A stretch of DNA of 64,000 bases from Camelus dromedarius (lineage: Eukaryota): positions 52,082,001-52,146,000 of the forward strand of contig NC_087447.1 of NCBI RefSeq assembly GCF_036321535.1, written 5' to 3'. Made by a program: the position numbers and the translations under genes. Of the stretch, positions 61,001-64,000 are shown piece by piece. The notes below the pieces were generated by a model. That model was not told the DNA's origin. It saw only the letters and a list, made by a program, of their open reading frames with translations, and made no database searches. Numbering within the stretch: position 1 is the first letter of the stretch; each line of letters starts with the position of its first letter.

Positions 61001-64000
61001 AGTCAGAACAGAGCTGTAGAGTCAGGCAGCCAGGCTTGGAATCTGGATTCTACCACCCACCTGCCAGCGAGGGGACTGTGGTGGACTGACCCTTGGTTCA
61101 TCTCAGCTTCCCCAGCATGCAGACTGGCACAGAGAAGACAGGCAGGGAATGTTGCCTGAACGAATAAATGAATGCATGATTGGACATGGGAAGCCTCTTT
61201 CCTACTCTGTTGGCGAAGAGAGACTAATTCATTTGCATGCTCCCCTCTGCGGGACCTGACAAAGGCTGGACACACAGTCGGTCCATGATAAGCATCTGCT
61301 GAACGCACAAATAAGGGAACAACTGCTTTCACTAAACAATACTTCAGCAATCTCTGTAGTCATCTCCCCAGAGTTTTAGTCTCCAAGATAGAAAGAGGCT
61401 TTGCATAAAGGCAGCCAATTGTAATTATTATTGAAGGTGGCCTGTAATACATAATTAAATTGAGCCTGAAGATGAGACAATGAAAAGGCCCCATGCCTTC
61501 ACGATCTGGTTTTATTTTATATGAGATGGCCAAAAAACAGTAATTTCCACTCCTCACATCTTCCATTAGAAGGACTGAATGTCTTAATTAAATGAACATC
61601 AAACAGAACAGCCAGTTTATAGAATTTTCTCGTCTCTTATTCATTCATTTCAGCGCCTTCTGGAGCTTGAGAAACACCCCTGGATCTCTCTGCTGCCTGA
61701 TCAATTCTGATGTGATTATCCCATCAGAACGCTGCTGCTTCTGCCTGGGGAGGAGATGGCGCTGCCCGTCCTCATCCTCTGGACCTTGACCTCTGCCCTG
61801 TGGCTCCCTTGGTGGGGCCCTTTCTCTTCCTGCTACAGAGCTGCTAAGAGCAAGGCAGCTGGTGCTGTCCGGCAGGGTGTTGGGGACAGGTCTCTCTCTG
61901 CACTCCCTGGATTCCAAGTGGCTACCTCAAACCCTGGCCTCATGATGGATGACTTCTGGATGACGGCTTAGGTACGTCTGTTGCAGCTTTACTTAAATTT
62001 CTGGCCAATTTGCCTCCTTTTGATCAAAGAGGAACAGAAGTTGGTATAAGAAGGTCCTTGAAGCCTGGTGGTCTAGGCTTTGAATCCAGGCTCTACACTT
62101 GCCAGCCAGCAGCCCCAGAGGGTGGGCACTCAGTTCTGTTTTTCTGCTAACCATCTAACCCCCACCACAAGTGATATTATTTTAGGCAGGTTACATAACA
62201 TAACTTTTGTGCGCCCGTTTTCTCCTCTATAAAACAGGGATAATAATACCTATTTCAGAGAGATACTATGAAGATCAAACAAGGTAACACTTACAATGAA
62301 ATGCAAATTCCTTCCAAGGCCTGCCGGATCCCATGAGACTGCCCCCACTAGAATGGCAACTCCCTGAGGGAAGGGACTTTGGTCACTGCTGTATCCCCAG
62401 AACTCAGGAGAGTGCCTGGCATGTAGAAGATGCTCAGTGATATGAATGAACGTTGGCTGAATGACCTGCCTCTTCCTGCCTCCGCTCTGATTTCACCTTG
62501 AACCCTATTCCTTTGTGCTTCCTGTGTTCCACTACATTTGCTGCTGTTCTCCAAACACGCCAAGCTCAGGCCAGGCTTGGGGCGCTCACACTTACTGTTC
62601 CTTTGGCTGGGAGTGCTCTTCCCTCCAATCTTGGTAGGGCCATTTCATATGATTACTCGTGTTTTAGTTCAAATGTTCCTATTTCAGCAAGGCTTCCCCT
62701 GGTCACCCTTTCTGATGGGTCCTCTCAGCTCTATCACATTATCTTACTTGACTGTCTTCACCTCACTAATCTTGTTTATTTGTTTACTTGCTTATTGTCT
62801 GTCTTTTCCAGCTAGAATATAAACTCCATGAGGACAGGGACCTTGTTTGTATTCTTAGTGCCTAAAGCAGGACCCAGCAGAAAGAGGTACTCAATACATA
62901 TTTCTTGGATGAGTGAATGTATAAATAAATAACAGTAGATATTATTGTTATTTTTTCAAGATTTGGGCTGAGAATAACTAAGAACTCAATCTTATTACTT
63001 TTCACCTTCCATGCAAGGAAGGGGAAGTTCACTAAATACTCACAGAGGACATCTTAGGTATCAAGCATTGTGCTCAGAACCATCTTCTGAGGTGGGCATC
63101 ATTTCACAGTCGGTGAAGCTGAGTCTCAGAGAGGATAAGTAACTTGCCTAAGATCACACAGCTAACAGAGGACTACAGATCTGTCAGGTCTGTCTGATCT
63201 TAAAGTCTGTGTTCTTTCATCAAGCTTCCCATAAAAATGATGCTGTTTCAAATCAAGACCTTTGCGTTCAACTATGTGAAAGAAAAAAAAATCATGTTTG
63301 GAAATCTCAAGTGGGTCAGTTTTCTCTTCAAAATGCTTTGCTTTGCTACCACTGCAGTTGACTTTGCAGTGATGCCAAACCCCACTTCGCGGGTGTATGG
63401 AGCTGGCCAGGTGACGGGCTTCTCATTCTTTGCTTCCACTGACTTTTTGTCACTCCATTTTCCCAAAGCATCTTTGGAGCACGGGGAAAGAAAATACATA
63501 AAAGATTCATGTAGTGGCTGTGAACCTGGCTCTCAGAAGAGGCCCACTAAAGAGTATCTTCGCACACACTGCAAGGCTTTCTTCTTCACGCTCAATACTT
63601 CACATCTCATGCCACTTACCATGTGTGGCTGGTGAGGAAAATGCCATATTGTCTGTCTGATAGTAAACTTGCTGATCGGGGACTTTTTGGTTGGAAAATA
63701 AAGATTTGATTTTTATGACTTTCATCTATGATTGTTTCAAACACCACCATCATCAGCAAGAGGAAATGGCTACTGTACCCTCTATAAATAATTAGCGTTC
63801 ACAGCCCATGCGCACCAACAGCCCCCTTGGCCTCAGGTCACTAGGATAGATGGCATCACTACACCATTAGTTCCTCTAAAACTGTAGCAGAGCCAGGCTA
63901 CTTTCTGACTTCTGCAATAAAAACTTGTGTTTGCTGCCCATTTCCTAGGGAATTAAGTCCCAGCAATGAATTCTAGCCGTCATGATTTTTAAGATCTCAC

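Overview
Mammalian genomic DNA, probably camelid (tRNA-derived SINEs resembling camelid Vic-1). The right half (about 31.6-64 kb, minus strand) holds the last six coding exons and the roughly 4.7 kb 3'UTR of teneurin-4 (TENM4: YD/RHS shell, Tox-GHH/TCAP-4); one intron has a GC donor. The left half is LINE-1 rich, including a 7.1 kb full-length but mutated L1 with a 13-bp TSD. Hidden among these repeats, on the minus strand from about 30.7 kb down to about 1.8 kb, is what looks like a complete decayed multi-exon gene: CpG-island promoter, non-coding first exon, ATG exon, about 15 further coding exon remnants and a polyA signal. Its translated fragments match GREB1/GREB1L motifs colinearly from N- to C-terminus. 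I propose it is a divergent third GREB1-family paralog that is now a unitary pseudogene, disrupted by stops, frameshifts, an exonic MER45A and an exonic L1 carrying a 3' transduction. The GREB1 comparison uses sequence recalled from memory and needs a database check.
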